Part shown: in pieces, positions 1-13,708 of the stretch | Layout: each line of letters begins with the position of its first letter | Position numbering within the stretch: position 1 is the first letter of the stretch | Assembly (NCBI GenBank): GCA_965199855.1 | Contig: OZ241326.1 | Span: forward strand, 2,211,908 to 2,275,907 | DNA: 64,000 bases | Reading direction: 5' to 3' | DNA from: a bacterium | GTDB lineage: Bacteria > UBA8248 | Notes under the pieces: model-generated | What the model was told of the DNA's origin: nothing | Database searches by the model: none | Seen by the model: the letters and a program-made list of their open reading frames with translations, nothing else | Translations under genes and position numbers: made by a program

Positions 1-465
1 CGCCATGCTCATGTTCTCGGCGCCCGTCCCCTTGGCGGCGAAGTAGAGCTTCAGGCGATCCCCGGCGACGACGCGGTAGTGGATGACGGCGGGCGTGTTG
101 TCCTTCGTGTTCACGCGCCGGAGCGGGTCGTTCACCACCGAGCCGCGCAGGTAGCCGTCCCGGTAGCCCTGGCGAATCCCCTCGTTGATGGCGTCCTCCA
201 GAAGCCCGCCCGTCACGCGGACGTCCTGCCCCAGCTCGACGAACACGATGGAGACGCCCGTGTCCTGGCAGTAGGGCACGCGCTCGGCGGAGGCGAGCGC
301 CGCGTTCTCGGTGATCTGGTCGAGCACCATGAGGCCGAGGGCGGAGGTCTCGCGGCCCTTCGCCTCCTCGACCTTCGCCACGTAGGCGGGATCGACGCGG
401 TAGTTCGACTCGATGGCCATCTCGCGGATCCTGGCCGTCACCTCGCCCGCGTCTATCGTTCGCAT
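1..465 (-). CDS. fumA: Fumarate hydratase class I (Fe-S hydro-lyase) alpha subunit/N-terminal domain, 5' portion; gene continues beyond window start
   Basis: Reverse translation from ATG (cat at 463-465) gives MRTIDAGEVTARIREMAIESNYRVDPAYVAKVEEAKGRETSALGLMVLDQITENAA...PYCQDTGVSIVFVELGQDV. This matches the Fe-S type fumarate/tartrate hydro-lyase alpha N-terminus. The gene is not in the ORF track because no stop lies in the window. Confidence 0.7.
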   Translation of the reverse strand, partial: MRTIDAGEVTARIREMAIESNYRVDPAYVAKVEEAKGRETSALGLMVLDQITENAALASAERVPYCQDTGVSIVFVELGQDVRVTGGLLEDAINEGIRQGYRDGYLRGSVVNDPLRRVNTKDNTPAVIHYRVVAGDRLKLYFAAKGTGAENMSMA

Positions 466-514
466 GGCCCGCCCGTCCCCAAGGCGCTCGCCGCCCGCCG
501 CGGAGGCGGCGCGC

Positions 515-4133
<3,619 letters not shown>

Positions 4134-4259
4134 TCGATATTTCGATTGGGTTGTTGTTCTTTGATACGCCGCTATAATCGGATCGAGCCGATCCTCCAGC
4201 TCGCTTCGGCTGACCAGAAACGCCTTGTTTTCATCGCAGGACCGGCGAAGATTGAAGCC

Positions 4260-6392
4260 TCATGTCCCTCCCGCCTCGACGGCTTCAATGAAGCGGGCGA
4301 GCTCCTCGCCGATGCCTTCCAGCTCGTTATTGTCTGTCGGTCTCCCCGCGGCGTCATAGCCGATATCCCCGGCTACCGCCATGAATACCGGAGAATCGCC
4401 CAATACGCTTCGCTTTCGCTCCGCATATTCCCGCTCCATGGTTTCCCGGAGCGCATCGATTTTTCCCCGGCATTCGGCGCCGACCCGCTTTTTCCATTCC
4501 CTATAGTCTTCGGACAGGCTCAACGCTTTGCCTTCCAGCCCTTCCGGATTGTCAAAGCCTCTGAGTTCCTTGATCCGCCGCTTCTTCTCCGCGTCAATCT
4601 CCCGCAACTGCTCCGGAAAATCATGCTCTTCCCTGATTTCGTCCCGTATCTCCGCTTTCCGGTTGCGGATCTCGGCGGTTGCTTCCGAAGTCCGCTTTTT
4701 CAGGAACAGCACCGAGGTTTTCACCCCCGCCCCTTTCGCCTGAAACGCGGTTTGGGGCATGGACGCCACCGCCACGAGGCGGAAATTCTCCTCCATGCCC
4801 TCCCGCGCGTATTGGAGGCTGGAGTTGGTCAGGATGCCGTCGGGTATGACGATCGCCAGATAGCCTCCCTCGGCGAGAAACCTGTGGCATTGCTCGATAA
4901 ACAGAATTTCGGAGCTCTGGCTGTCCCGGACTGTTTCCTTGCTCTTCGGGTTCAGCCAGTCGGCTTTCTTGAGCGCGTAATCGTAGTGGCGCATGTAGGC
5001 TTGCTCGGTTCGCTTGATCTGGGAGCCGAACGGCGGATTCGTGATGATGAAGTGGAAGCGTCCGTAAACGAATCCGTTGTTTCTCGTGAGAGAAAAAATA
5101 TCGTCAGCGGACATCAGCCCGTCGGCGGCGATCACGTTCGTATGGCCGTCATCGTGGAGAATCATGTTCATCTTGGCGGTTCTGGCGATTCGATCGTTGA
5201 TTTCGATGCCGAATATGTTTTTTTCCGCGAAGCTGCGCCAGTGCCTGTCATAGTCTCTTGATTCCGCCAGATCTGCTTCAAAATTCGGATAGTATTCACT
5301 CGCCTGCCGCCTGACCTTGTCAAGCGCGTGAAGCAGAAACCCGCCGCTGCCGCAGGAGGTATCCAGAACCAGCGAGTCATTGGTTATCGGCAGCGCGTCC
5401 ACGATGAACTTCACGATGGGGCGAGGGGTGAAGAACTGCCCGAACTCTCCACGAAAATAAGAACCCATGAAAGTTTCAAAGGCCTTGCCCCTGCTGTCCA
5501 GATCGGTTTTTCCAAAATCGACGCCTTCCAGATAGCCGACGACGGTGCGCAACTTTTCGCAGCCGAGGCGAATATCCTCCTGAAAGACTTCGGGGTCTTT
5601 TTGCCGCCCCTCGGCATACAGGGCGCGGACGCGCTTTTGCAGTCCCTTGTTCGTCTTGTCTTCCGTGCTTTCGGTGAACACCTGAAAATCGTAGGGTTCC
5701 CCCTTTCTCCTGGGCTTTTTCTCGTCCCACATTTTGCAGAAAATCAGCTTGTTCAACTCGTCGAAGGCTAGCGAGGGGTCGAGTTGCCCACCCCCCCAAA
5801 GCGCCTGATGCGCCTGTCTGAACCTTCTCGTCAGCGCGTCTTCCGTTATGGCTTCGAGCTCGAACAGCCTTTGTCCGTTGGCGGAACCCCCGCCCCGGGC
5901 GTATTTGAACCTGGCGAGCCGGCTGACGCCGTATTGCGGGATATCGGGAATGGGCAAGCGCTTCTTCGGCTCTTTTTCGGGAATCTCGAAGCAGGCGTCT
6001 TTTATTCGGGAGGTTACCCAGAAATACCTGGCCCGGACTGTTCCCGTGGCGGCGTAGCTGAAAGCCTGGGCGACGGCCTGCTCGAACTCGGCTTCGGAGA
6101 CGTCCTCCGCCTTGCACTCGACGACGATATGGGCGGATTCACGCTCATCGTCGTTATAGACGATAATATCCGCCTCTCTGGTGTCCGCGCCGATTTTTAC
6201 CGGAACGAACTGCTCTATGCGCTCCGGGGCGTAGCGATAAACCAGAACCAGTTTGAGGAACGTCTCCGCCTGGACGGACTCTTCCGGCCGCGCGTAATTT
6301 CGCCTCTTGCCCTGGCGAACGTAGGTGATGTATTTCCCGTCGTCATCAAACGCGATCAAGCCTTTGTCTATTCCTTCGCGCAACAGATCCAT
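4260..6392 (-). CDS. Fused restriction endonuclease / N6-adenine DNA methyltransferase (N-terminal HsdR-like PD-(D/E)xK nuclease domain + gamma-class MTase); BcgI-A-like Type IIB/IIG enzyme
   Basis: 710 aa. The N-terminus carries the nuclease motifs ADIIV...VVECK...QAFSY (D, ExK, QxxxY as in HsdR nuclease domains). The MTase domain has motif I VLDTSCGSGGFL and motif IV IITNPPF. It sits 126 bp upstream of the S-subunit gene, and no HsdR helicase gene is nearby. Confidence 0.75.
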   Translation of the reverse strand: MDLLREGIDKGLIAFDDDGKYITYVRQGKRRNYARPEESVQAETFLKLVLVYRYAPERIEQFVPVKIGADTREADIIVYNDDERESAHIVVECKAEDVSEAEFEQAVAQAFSYAATGTVRARYFWVTSRIKDACFEIPEKEPKKRLPIPDIPQYGVSRLARFKYARGGGSANGQRLFELEAITEDALTRRFRQAHQALWGGGQLDPSLAFDELNKLIFCKMWDEKKPRRKGEPYDFQVFTESTEDKTNKGLQKRVRALYAEGRQKDPEVFQEDIRLGCEKLRTVVGYLEGVDFGKTDLDSRGKAFETFMGSYFRGEFGQFFTPRPIVKFIVDALPITNDSLVLDTSCGSGGFLLHALDKVRRQASEYYPNFEADLAESRDYDRHWRSFAEKNIFGIEINDRIARTAKMNMILHDDGHTNVIAADGLMSADDIFSLTRNNGFVYGRFHFIITNPPFGSQIKRTEQAYMRHYDYALKKADWLNPKSKETVRDSQSSEILFIEQCHRFLAEGGYLAIVIPDGILTNSSLQYAREGMEENFRLVAVASMPQTAFQAKGAGVKTSVLFLKKRTSEATAEIRNRKAEIRDEIREEHDFPEQLREIDAEKKRRIKELRGFDNPEGLEGKALSLSEDYREWKKRVGAECRGKIDALRETMEREYAERKRSVLGDSPVFMAVAGDIGYDAAGRPTDNNELEGIGEELARFIEAVEAGGT

Positions 6393-6742
6393 TCGCTTCT
6401 CATTTTCAGGAGGGGCTCGACACTATACGGGGGACGGGAGGGCGGATTCGACCATGCCATGAAAGCGAACCCGGTCGCCCCTTCCATATCACGTTCGCGC
6501 GGCTGACGCCAACCCGATCGGCGGAAATTTTCGATTCCGATGGAGTTTCGCCCCTCGGCTGTGGTAGGGTGGCCGCGCGTCAGCGGGAGGCGCCGCCCTT
6601 GCTCTCGTCACAGCCGCTTCCCGGTTCTTCGCCCGCGAAACGGCGAACCGGCCCGAAAGGCCCGCCGCCCGCGCGCCGATGAGCAAAGTCCGCAGAATCA
6701 ACCCGTTGCGCTCTCCTCCCCCGGCCCGAGGCACGGCCCGCC

Positions 6743-7573
6743 ATGACGCGCCCCGCCAGACGAAGGCTCGGCCAGCATTTCCTGCACGAGAAGAGGTATC
6801 TCTCGCAAATCATTGATTTGGCTGAAATCGCGCCTGGAGAGGACGTGCTGGAAATCGGCGTCGGCGAAGGGGCGCTCACGCGCTTCCTCCTTGACGCGGG
6901 CGCGCGCGTCCACGGCGTGGAGATAGACGACGCGCTCATCCCCCCCCTGCGCTCCCTCGAAGCCGCCAGCGAGCGCTTCCGCCTGATTCACGCAGACGCC
7001 CTCGCCCTCGACTACGACGCGTTGCCCGCCAGGATGAAGGTGGCGGCGAACCTTCCCTACCAAATCGCATCAGGCATCATCCTGCAACTCATTGAAAAAT
7101 ATGAGAAATTTCCCTTCATGATCCTCATGGCGCAGCGCGAGGCGGGCGAGCGGATCTGCGCGGAGCCGGGCGGGAAGGACTACGGCGCGCTCACCCTGCG
7201 GGTGGGCTACCGCTTCGAGGCGCGGCTGTGCGGGACGGTTCCTCCGGGGGCGTTCCGCCCCCCGCCCGGGGTGGATTCCGCCCTCGTCCGCCTCAAGGCG
7301 AGAGAAGCCCCCCAGGTGGAGGTGGGGGACGAGAGCCTCTATTTCCGGCTCATCCGGGCGGGCTTCGCCCACCGCAGAAAGACGCTGCTCAACAATCTCA
7401 GGTCGCTGGATTCGGGCGGGCTTGAGAAAGGAGAGCGCCGGGGCTTGCGCCCGGAGGACTGGCGAGGTCTCCTCGAAGGGCTGGGAATCGACCCCGGAAG
7501 GCGCGCCGAGACCCTCTCGGCCGGCGAGTTCGCGCGAATCGCCCGCGCCGTCGAGTCGAGGGGGCGGCCTTGA
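6743..7573 (+). CDS. rsmA: 16S rRNA (adenine1518/1519-N6)-dimethyltransferase RsmA/KsgA
   Basis: 276 aa: RRRLGQHFLHEK..., VLEIGVGEGALT, NLPYQI motifs. Confidence 0.9.
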   Translation: MTRPARRRLGQHFLHEKRYLSQIIDLAEIAPGEDVLEIGVGEGALTRFLLDAGARVHGVEIDDALIPPLRSLEAASERFRLIHADALALDYDALPARMKVAANLPYQIASGIILQLIEKYEKFPFMILMAQREAGERICAEPGGKDYGALTLRVGYRFEARLCGTVPPGAFRPPPGVDSALVRLKAREAPQVEVGDESLYFRLIRAGFAHRRKTLLNNLRSLDSGGLEKGERRGLRPEDWRGLLEGLGIDPGRRAETLSAGEFARIARAVESRGRP

Positions 7574-8475
7574 GCGGCGGAATCCTGATCTACCGCATGG
7601 GGGCGTTCGGGGACACGCTCCTGCTCGCGCCGCTGCTCGGACGCCTGCGGGAGGCGCGCCCGGGCGTTCGCCTCACCCTGGCGGCGAACCCCGCATACGC
7701 CGCTCCCCTGCTCGACGCGGGGCTGGCGGAGGAGATTCTGGACGGGGGCGCGCCTCCCTTTCATCTTCTCTATGACGGGCGGCCATCGGAGAACGACGCG
7801 CTCGCCCGGCTCATCCGGCGGCATGACGCCTGCGTCTTCTACACCGCCGACCGCTCGGGAGAGCTGGCGAGGCGGCTGCGTTCATCGAGGCCGGAGAAAT
7901 GCCGCGTCCACCCCCCTTTCCCGCCGGAGGGGGAGAGCGTTCACGTCTGCGCGTGGATGACGCGGGCGTGGCCCGGCCTGAGCGCGTCCGCGCCTGAAAG
8001 CATGAAGCTGACGCCTTCGGAAAACAGCCTGTCTGAGGCGGACAACCTATTGAAAAAAAATGGCTTGCGACCTTCCCGCTTCTTCATCCTCCATCCCGGC
8101 GGAGGGGGCGAGAGAAAATGGCCGCCGCCCGACGTTCTCGCGGAGATGGGCCGCGCCCTCGCGCGCGAAACGGGGCATCAGCCGGTCGTGGCGGAAGGGC
8201 CGGCGGATTCGATCGCCAGCGAGAATTTCCAGAAGCTCCCGGGCGCGCCCCTGCCGGTCCTCAGGGAAACGCCGCCCGTCATCCTGGGCGCCCTGCTCTC
8301 GAGGTCGTCCGGGTATATCGGGGGCGATTCCGGCGTCTCCCATCTCGCCTCTCTCTACGCGCCGCGCGCCTCGATACTGTATGGCCCCCATTCCGACATG
8401 AGGGTCTGGCGACCGATAGGCTCCCGAACGCGCTGCCTGTCCTGGGAGGCGGAGCGGAGGAGCGCGTTCGGGTGA
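7570..8475 (+). CDS. Glycosyltransferase family 9 (ADP-heptose:LPS heptosyltransferase-like)
   Basis: 301 aa, ILIYRMGAFGDTLLLAPLL N-terminus typical of GT9. The TTG start overlaps the ksgA stop. Confidence 0.6.
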   Translation: MSGGILIYRMGAFGDTLLLAPLLGRLREARPGVRLTLAANPAYAAPLLDAGLAEEILDGGAPPFHLLYDGRPSENDALARLIRRHDACVFYTADRSGELARRLRSSRPEKCRVHPPFPPEGESVHVCAWMTRAWPGLSASAPESMKLTPSENSLSEADNLLKKNGLRPSRFFILHPGGGGERKWPPPDVLAEMGRALARETGHQPVVAEGPADSIASENFQKLPGAPLPVLRETPPVILGALLSRSSGYIGGDSGVSHLASLYAPRASILYGPHSDMRVWRPIGSRTRCLSWEAERRSAFG

Positions 8476-8558
8476 CGGCGCGATCGGCGCGCGTCGGGAG
8501 ATTTCCCGTCCCGCGGCGTTCATTCCGGCGGGGAGAGACTGCCGCGGCGCGGCGGGCC

Positions 8559-9269
8559 TCAGCCGAGGATGTTCGCCAGCCTGCCCCAGCGCGGCGAGCC
8601 CGAATCCCCGTTCCATGACCAGTAGATCATGAAGGCGGAGCCCCGAATCTTGTCGTCCCAGCAGGGCGCGGACCACAGCGAGCAGGGAAAGGGCAGGCCG
8701 AAGGAGTAATCCCAAAAGCGTATGGGGATGTGATCCGCGCGCTCGCCCACCTTCAGAAAGCCCCAGAAGCGGCTGTCCTGGCTGTTGTTGCGGTTGTCGC
8801 CCAGCATGAAGAGGTGGCCCGGCGGGACCTTGCGGGGGCCCCATTCGCTCTCGAGGCTCCCGGCGGCGCCGTTGGGCTTGAAGCGCGCGTATTTCTCCTC
8901 CAGCGGCTCGCAGTTTCGGGGCGCGTCCGGCGTCGCGCAGTTGATGAAGACCCTTTTTCCGCGAACCATCACCACCTCGCCCGGCAGCGCGACCACCCGC
9001 TTGATGAAGTCCCGCCGCTCATCCTTGGGAAAGCGGAACACGATGATGTCCCCGCGCCTCGGCTTCCGCAGCCAGTAGATGAACTTGTTGACGAGTATGT
9101 GGTCTCCGACGAGGAGGGTGTTCTCCATGGAGCCGGAGGGTATCTTGAACGCCTGCACGACGAAGGCGCGCACGAACAGCGCCAGCAGCAGGGCGATGAC
9201 GATCGCCTCGGCGTATTCCCGAAAAACGGATTTCGACTTTCGCCCGCGCCCCGCCTTCTCGTCCGACAC
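8559..9269 (-). CDS. lepB: Signal peptidase I
   Basis: 236 aa with IPSGSMENTLLVGDHILVNKF (Ser box) and GDNRNNSQDSRFWG (box E). It lies directly downstream of lepA. Confidence 0.9.
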   Translation of the reverse strand: MSDEKAGRGRKSKSVFREYAEAIVIALLLALFVRAFVVQAFKIPSGSMENTLLVGDHILVNKFIYWLRKPRRGDIIVFRFPKDERRDFIKRVVALPGEVVMVRGKRVFINCATPDAPRNCEPLEEKYARFKPNGAAGSLESEWGPRKVPPGHLFMLGDNRNNSQDSRFWGFLKVGERADHIPIRFWDYSFGLPFPCSLWSAPCWDDKIRGSAFMIYWSWNGDSGSPRWGRLANILG

Positions 9270-9273
9270 GCCC

Positions 9274-11076
9274 CTACTCCTTGCCCACGTCCAGAACCGC
9301 CATGAACGCCTCCTGGGGCACCTCGACGGTGCCGATGTTCTTCATGCGCTTCTTGCCCTCGCGCTGCTTTTCCAGCAACTTTCGCTTCCGCGTAATGTCG
9401 CCGCCGTAGCATTTCGCCGTAACGTCCTTCCGCAGCGCGCGAATCGTCTCCCGCGCGATCACCCGGTTGCCGACCGCCGCCTGAATGACCACCTCGAACA
9501 TCTGCTTCGGGATGATCTCCTTCATCTTCCGCACCAGCGCGCGGCCGTGATAATAGGCCTTCTCCTTGTGGATGATGGTGGAAAACGGGTCGATGGGCTG
9601 TCCGTTCAGCAGGACGTCCAGCTTCACCATCTCCGCCGGACGGTAGTCGAGGCGCTCGTAGTCGAAACTCGCGTATCCCCGGGAGGCGGACTTCAGCTTG
9701 TCGTAGAAATCGAAGAGTATCTCGCTGAAGGGCAGCTCATAGACGATCTGCACGGTATTCGTATCGATGTATTCCATGGAGCGCTGCGCGCCGCGCTTCT
9801 CCTGCGCCAGCCTGAGAACGCCGCCCACGTATTCGGCGGGCGCGAGGATGGTGCCCAGAATGAAGGGCTCCTCGATGGCCTCGATTCTCGACAGTTCGGG
9901 CAGCTTCGCGGGACTGTCGATTTCCGCGACCGTCGAATCGCTCAGCAGGACGCGGAAAATCACCGTCGGCGCCGTGATGATGAGCGTGAGGTCGTATTCG
10001 CGCTCGAGCCTCTCGCGGATGATCTCCATGTGCAGAAGCCCCAGGAACCCGCACCGGAAGCCGAACCCCAGAGCGACCGAGGTTTCCGGCTCGTAGGTGA
10101 AGGCCGAATCGTTGAGCCGGAGCTTCTCCAGCGCCGTCCTCAAGTCCTCATACTCGGCGCTGTCCGCCGCATACAGGCCGCTGTAGACCATCGCCTTCGG
10201 CTCCCGGAAGCCCTGAATGGCCTCGCGCGCGGGGTTTTTCGCCAGCGTGATGGTGTCGCCCACCCGGGTGTCGCTCACCTCCCGTATCGAAGCGGACAGG
10301 ATGCCCACCTCGCCCGGCCCGATTTCCTCTCTCCTGATCTCGCGGGGCGTGAACGCGCCCAGACTCAGCACCTGGTATTCCTTGCCGGTGGCCATGAAGC
10401 GGACGCCGTCGCCCTTGCGAATGGTTCCCTCGAACATGCGAAACAGCGGGATGGCGCCCTGGTAGGAATCATACCAGGAATCTATCACGAGCCCCCGCGG
10501 GGAGGCTTCCGGCTCTCCGCCCGGAGGCGGAATCCGCTCCACGATCGCCTCGAGGAGCGCGTCCACGCCCTCCCCCTGCTTCGCGCTCACCGTCAGGCAC
10601 TCCTCCGCGGCGATGCCGATGACGTCCTCCACCTGCCGCATCACGCGATCGGGGTCGGCCGCCGGCAGGTCGATCTTGTTGATCACCGGTATGATGACCA
10701 AGTCCTGCTCCAGCGCCAGATAGGCGTTCGCCATCGTCTGCGCCTGGATGCCCTGGGTGGCGTCAACGAGCAGCAGGGCGCCCTCGCAGGCCTGGAGGCT
10801 TCGGGAAACCTCGTAGCTGAAGTCCACGTGGCCGGGCGTATCGATGAGGTTGAAGACGTATTCCCCGCCCTTCGGCGACCTGTAGAGGATGCGGACCGTG
10901 GCCGCCTTGATGGTGATGCCCCGCTCCTGCTCCAGCGCCATCGAATCCAGCACCTGGGAGGACATCTCGCGCTCTGAAAGCGCTCCCGTCGTTTCGAGAA
11001 TGCGATCCGCCAGGGTGGATTTTCCATGGTCGATATGCGCGATGATGGAAAAGTTTCTGATTCTCTCGATGCTCAC
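9274..11076 (-). CDS. lepA: Elongation factor 4 (LepA)
   Basis: 600 aa, [22 protein letters not shown]..., a full-length GTPase with GTG start. Confidence 0.95.
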   Translation of the reverse strand: MSIERIRNFSIIAHIDHGKSTLADRILETTGALSEREMSSQVLDSMALEQERGITIKAATVRILYRSPKGGEYVFNLIDTPGHVDFSYEVSRSLQACEGALLLVDATQGIQAQTMANAYLALEQDLVIIPVINKIDLPAADPDRVMRQVEDVIGIAAEECLTVSAKQGEGVDALLEAIVERIPPPGGEPEASPRGLVIDSWYDSYQGAIPLFRMFEGTIRKGDGVRFMATGKEYQVLSLGAFTPREIRREEIGPGEVGILSASIREVSDTRVGDTITLAKNPAREAIQGFREPKAMVYSGLYAADSAEYEDLRTALEKLRLNDSAFTYEPETSVALGFGFRCGFLGLLHMEIIRERLEREYDLTLIITAPTVIFRVLLSDSTVAEIDSPAKLPELSRIEAIEEPFILGTILAPAEYVGGVLRLAQEKRGAQRSMEYIDTNTVQIVYELPFSEILFDFYDKLKSASRGYASFDYERLDYRPAEMVKLDVLLNGQPIDPFSTIIHKEKAYYHGRALVRKMKEIIPKQMFEVVIQAAVGNRVIARETIRALRKDVTAKCYGGDITRKRKLLEKQREGKKRMKNIGTVEVPQEAFMAVLDVGKE

Positions 11077-11362
11077 GGCCGGGAAAAATCTCTCAGGGAA
11101 GGCGAATGGCGCGAATGCCGGAACCGCGTGACGTCAGCTGAAAGCACCGCCCCTCACCTTCGGTTCCCGCGCGGATGACGAAAAGCGACGCCGAAAGAGG
11201 CGCTGAACCCCCCGGCATCGGGCGAACACGCTATATCAGACTTCTCCGCGCCCGGTCAAATGGATTGCCCCCCGGGAACGCGCGGTGCTAGGATGCGCGA
11301 AGGGGCGCGCCTCGCTCACCCGCGCGCATTTCGCACCCGACGGAGCGGGATACCTTCAGCCC

Positions 11363-12760
11363 ATGCGTCGCCGCGGCCGAGACACCCTCATCCGCTTTTC
11401 CCTGCTGTCCGCCTTCGTCCTGTGCGCGCCGCCCGCGTCGGCGGAGAAGGAGCGCCCCTTCGGCGGACGCCTCATCATCGAAGCGGTCAGGAAGCTGCGG
11501 CCCTCCGTCGCGCATATCCGCGCGAAGCCGGGAGGCGCCGCGGCGAATCCCCTGCTCGACTTCTTCGGCAGGGGCAGGCGAAGGGAGGGCCCGCCCCGGT
11601 TCGATCAGGACGAGGCCGCCTACGGCGTAGGCGCGGGGATCATCGTCTCGAAAGAAGGGCACATCCTGACGAACCACCACGTCGTCAGGAACGCCCAGGA
11701 GATTCTGGTCAAACTCCACCGGGGCGAGGAATTCCCGGCCCGCCTGCTCGGCGTGGACGAGAAAACCGACCTCGCCCTCCTGAAGATCAAGCCTCCCGCG
11801 GACCTCCGGCCGGCAACTCTCGGCGATTCCGACAAAGCGGAGGTCGGCCAGTGGGTTCTGGCGATCGGCAGCCCTTTCGGCCTGGCGAATTCCGTATCCG
11901 TAGGCGTCATCAGCGGCAAGGAGCGGGATTTGAAGGAAGGCCCCTTTGACGAGTATCTCCAGACGGACGCCTCCATCAACCCGGGCAATTCCGGCGGGCC
12001 GCTCGCCGACGCGAAAGGCGCCGTCATCGGCGTCAACACGGCGATATTCTCCCGCGGCTCGCGCGCCTGGAGCCTGGGCGTCGGCTTCGCCATTCCGATA
12101 AACCAGGCCAGGGCCGTCATCGACTCCCTGCGCCACAGGGGCTATCCGATACGGGGCCGGCTGGGGGCGGCCGTGGCCGCCGTCCCCCCGAAGGAGGGGA
12201 AAGACCTGGGGCTGGCCCGCTCCCAGGGCGCGAAGCTCGCCGAGGTCGCGCGCGGCGGCCCCGCCCACCACGCCGGCCTGCGCCGGGGGGACGTGGTGGT
12301 CGAATTCGACGGCAAGCCGGTGAGCACCTGGCAGAGCCTTCCCCGCATCGTCGCCCGCGCGAAGCCGGATTCCCTCGTCCAGGTGAAGTTTTACCGCGAA
12401 AAGCGCCTGGAGAGCGTCTATGTCCGCCTGGGGAGCCGGCCCGAGGCGCCGCATTCCCGAAAGACGCCGGGCCGGACGAGCCTGGGCATGAAGGTCGAGG
12501 CGCTCACCCCGCACCTCGCCCGCCGCTTCGGGCTGGATTACGGCGAGAGCAAACTGGTGGTTTCCTCGATTCTGCGGGGCGGGGCGGCGGAGCGCGGCGG
12601 AATCAGGCCGGGCGACGAGATAGCGGAAGCGAACCACAAGCCCGTCCGGACGATAGAGGAGCTTCGGGAGGCCATCGACGCGTCCCGGCTCGACGGCTTC
12701 GTCCTCCTCCTTCTCAAGCGAAAAGGAACCAACCTCTTCGCCGCCCTCCAAATCAAATAG
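11363..12760 (+). CDS. htrA: Periplasmic serine endoprotease DegP/HtrA family (trypsin domain + 2 PDZ)
   Basis: Signal peptide MRRRGRDTLIRFSLLSAFVLCAPPASA, catalytic GNSGGPL, two PDZ regions. The ATG at 11363 is preferred over the 11285 start in the track. Confidence 0.85.
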   Translation: MRRRGRDTLIRFSLLSAFVLCAPPASAEKERPFGGRLIIEAVRKLRPSVAHIRAKPGGAAANPLLDFFGRGRRREGPPRFDQDEAAYGVGAGIIVSKEGHILTNHHVVRNAQEILVKLHRGEEFPARLLGVDEKTDLALLKIKPPADLRPATLGDSDKAEVGQWVLAIGSPFGLANSVSVGVISGKERDLKEGPFDEYLQTDASINPGNSGGPLADAKGAVIGVNTAIFSRGSRAWSLGVGFAIPINQARAVIDSLRHRGYPIRGRLGAAVAAVPPKEGKDLGLARSQGAKLAEVARGGPAHHAGLRRGDVVVEFDGKPVSTWQSLPRIVARAKPDSLVQVKFYREKRLESVYVRLGSRPEAPHSRKTPGRTSLGMKVEALTPHLARRFGLDYGESKLVVSSILRGGAAERGGIRPGDEIAEANHKPVRTIEELREAIDASRLDGFVLLLLKRKGTNLFAALQIK

Positions 12761-12799
12761 CGCCTTCAGGACAGGCCCGGGCCGGCGCCCGCCGAACGG

Positions 12800-13460
12800 A
12801 CGGCTTTCGCAGGGACAACCCCCGTGGTTGTCCCTCGCCGCGTTCGCGTCCCGACGACGCGCAACCATCCCGTAGGGGGCGTTCGGGAACGCCCCGCCGC
12901 CGCCGATGCGAATCTTTCCTGAAAACGGGCGGCCCCGGGGCCCCGCCCTTGCGGAACCGGCGCCCATGGGCGACCCACCCAAACGGGCGGTTCCCGAATT
13001 GCGGGGCGGCCTCGGGGAGGGGTCGCCCCTACGGAACCGTCGCCATCTCCCGCCGTCATTCCGGCGAAGGCCGGAATCCAGGGGATTGTGATCGTTCCCC
13101 ATCGTCAATGAGAGACAACCATAGGGGGTTGTTCCTGCGAAATGATGAAACCCGCGGCCCCATGCCGAAGGACGGGCGGGGCGCATGAATGCGCCCCCTA
13201 CGAAGGCGGGATCGCCGCCCGCCCCCGGAAAACCGGTTGCCTCGACCGTAGGGGACGCATTCATGCGTCCCGTTTCGATCGGTGGCCACGCGCGGGCGGT
13301 TCACGAACCGCCCCTACGGGAACCGTAGCCGCCCTCACCCATAGGGACGCCCCCCTGGGTCGCCCGACAATTCGGGAGCCGCCCGCGCGGGAAAATTCGC
13401 CGGGCGGAGGCGTTTCCCCGGGCGTTTGGAGAAGAACCGCCCGCTCGCCGAAAAGCCGCG
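12800..13460. repeat. Array of short GC-rich hairpin (REP-like) units bounded by CCGTAGGG/CCCTACGG motifs
   Basis: Examples: gggacaacccccgtggttgtccc, ggggcgttcgggaacgcccc, ggggcgcatgaatgcgcccc, gggacgcattcatgcgtccc, gggcggttcacgaaccgccc. Each is a perfect or near-perfect 8-9 bp stem with a 2-5 nt loop, often followed by ctacgg. Confidence 0.7.
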
Positions 13461-13461
13461 C

Positions 13462-13557
13462 GTGAATGTCTACGAATTTCTGCAAAATCAGACAAATTCA
13501 CGGCCTTATCCCGCAAATAGAGAGCTGTTTTCCACCTTTTTAGAGACCCCTTTGACC
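13462..13557. promoter_or_regulatory. Conserved AT-richer block inside IR arm A with imperfect inverted repeat GTGAATGTCT-N20-AGACAAATTCAC; candidate regulator binding site/promoter
   Basis: gtgaatgtctacgaatttctgcaaaatcagacaaattcac...ttgacc seen in sequence. An identical copy is inverted in arm B (about 20283-20378). No function can be assigned from sequence alone. Confidence 0.3.
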
Positions 13558-13688
13558 ATCCCGCCCGGTCCCCGATTCTTCCGTCTTCCTTCCCTCCGGA
13601 GGCGCAATTCCCCCACGCCGGAAATATAACCCGACCCGGCCGCCCCCGCGGAAGCGCAGATGCGCGCAAATGCGGGCAGGCGCGCGCG

Positions 13689-13708
13689 ATTGTTCCACGT
13701 GGAACAAT
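13689..13708. promoter_or_regulatory. Perfect 20-bp palindrome ATTGTTCCACGTGGAACAAT (CACGTG core); candidate dimeric transcription-factor operator, 245 bp upstream of tal
   Basis: Seen directly. A second identical copy is at 20132-20151 in arm B. Confidence 0.35.

Noticed and set aside
6500-6560. T-loop-like TTCGATTCC in the RM-ksgA intergenic region suggested a tRNA
   Set aside because: No complementary T-stem, acceptor stem or anticodon arm can be formed on either strand.
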